Below the pieces are notes generated by a model that was not told the origin of the DNA, did not search any database, and was given only the letters and a program-made list of their open reading frames with translations. This document shows, in pieces, positions 63,123-64,000 of a stretch of 64,000 nt of DNA. How positions within the stretch are numbered: the first letter of the stretch is position 1; each line of letters starts with the position of its first letter. Position numbers and translations under genes: made by a program. The stretch lies in NCBI GenBank assembly GCA_964252035.1, contig OZ176201.1; one strand, 5' to 3'. Source of the stretch: Podarcis erhardii (Eukaryota).

Positions 63123-63562
63123 GGACACGGGGCTTGCCGATCAGAAGGTCAGCGGTTCGAATCCCTGCGACAGGGTGAGCTCCCGTTGCTCGGTCCCAGC
63201 TCCTGCCAACCTAGCAATTCGAAAGCACGTCAAAGTGCAAGTAAATAAATAGGTACCTCTCAGGCGGGAAGGTAAACGGCGTTTTCGTGTGCTGCTTTGG
63301 TTTCTCCAGAAGCACCTTAGTCATGCTGGCCACATGACCCGGAAGCTGTACGCCGGCTCCCTCGGCCAGTTAAGCGAGATGAGCTGTACGCCGGCTCCCT
63401 CGGCCAGTTAAGCGAGATGAGCTGTACGCCGGCTCCCTCGGCCAGTTAAGCGAGATGAGCTGTACGCCGGCTCCCTCGGCCAGTTAAGCGAGATGAGCGC
63501 CGCAACCCCAGAGACATTCGCGAGTGGACCTAACAGTCAGGGGTCCCTTTACCTTTACCTTT
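63123..63562 (+). mobile_element. Sauria (Squam1)-type SINE with internal 38-bp x4 tandem array
   Basis: 14-bp TSD TATATGGGGTATCT (63109-22, 63563-76); B box GGTTCGAATCC; body 'gtgagctcccgttgctcggtccc...gcacgtcaaagtgcaag'; (ACCTTT)n tail. Confidence 0.95.
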
Positions 63563-64000
63563 TATATGGGGTATCTACTAAAGGTGCACCATATATATCC
63601 ATTACCCCATGCACACTTTTACAGGGCCATACATACCCTGAAAAAAAATTGGGGTGGGGATATTTGGAGACCTGGGGAGGAAATGGCAAAATTCTTACAC
63701 CTTTTTAGGCTCTCTTTTAGGTTGCTGGCTCTGTAGAGCAAACACACAAACAAACAAACAAAACATGCTTATAGATGAAATTCTAGAATTTGTGGTTTGA
63801 GACACAAGAGAGTCCCGTGCCACTCTGTGTGACATGCTGTCTGAAGAGTGACAAGCCCCAAAGAGTTCCTGCTGGCATTTCCTAGTCTGAGGCACCAACA
63901 GGGTCTGGCAGCAGGAGGGTGGAACAAGCACTGCAATAATCAAGGGCATTAACATCATAGGGAAAGTGGGAGTCCATGTTGCCAATAGGATTTATGAGCC

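Larger units (their letters stand above)
44312..64000 (+). other. JADE2: JADE2 next intron (incomplete, more than 19.6 kb)
   Basis: GTAAGT donor. The next expected exon (…GLGIEYDEDVVCDVC…, start of PHD1) was not found in the window. Confidence 0.8.

Noticed and set aside
63344-63495. CRISPR-like array (38-bp repeats)
   Set aside because: There are no spacers, the repeats are contiguous, and they lie inside a eukaryotic SINE.
131-63985. Remaining 60-135 aa ORF-track entries
   Set aside because: No recognisable domains, many non-ATG starts, and lengths consistent with random ORFs in intronic DNA.

Overview
Vertebrate (squamate, most likely lacertid lizard) genomic DNA, almost all intronic. 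The only host coding sequence I can support is two internal + strand exons of JADE2/PHF15 (9233-9390 and 44142-44311). They are separated by a 34.75 kb intron and splice in frame. The flanking exons lie outside the window. The rest is a typical squamate repeat landscape: a young 5'-truncated L1 with a 19-bp TSD and an open ORF2 fragment, Sauria-type and Squam3-type SINEs, L2/CR1/L1 relics, many Tc1-mariner/pogo and hAT MITEs, a probable PIF/Harbinger relic with a Myb/SANT-like ORF, microsatellites and a 141-N gap. I found no convincing new protein-coding system. The most unusual structure is a Tc2/pogo-like MITE family (three copies) whose interior is a variable-number cassette of long GC-rich hairpins with compensatory changes between copies. 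Family names come from recalled consensus features, not from database alignments.
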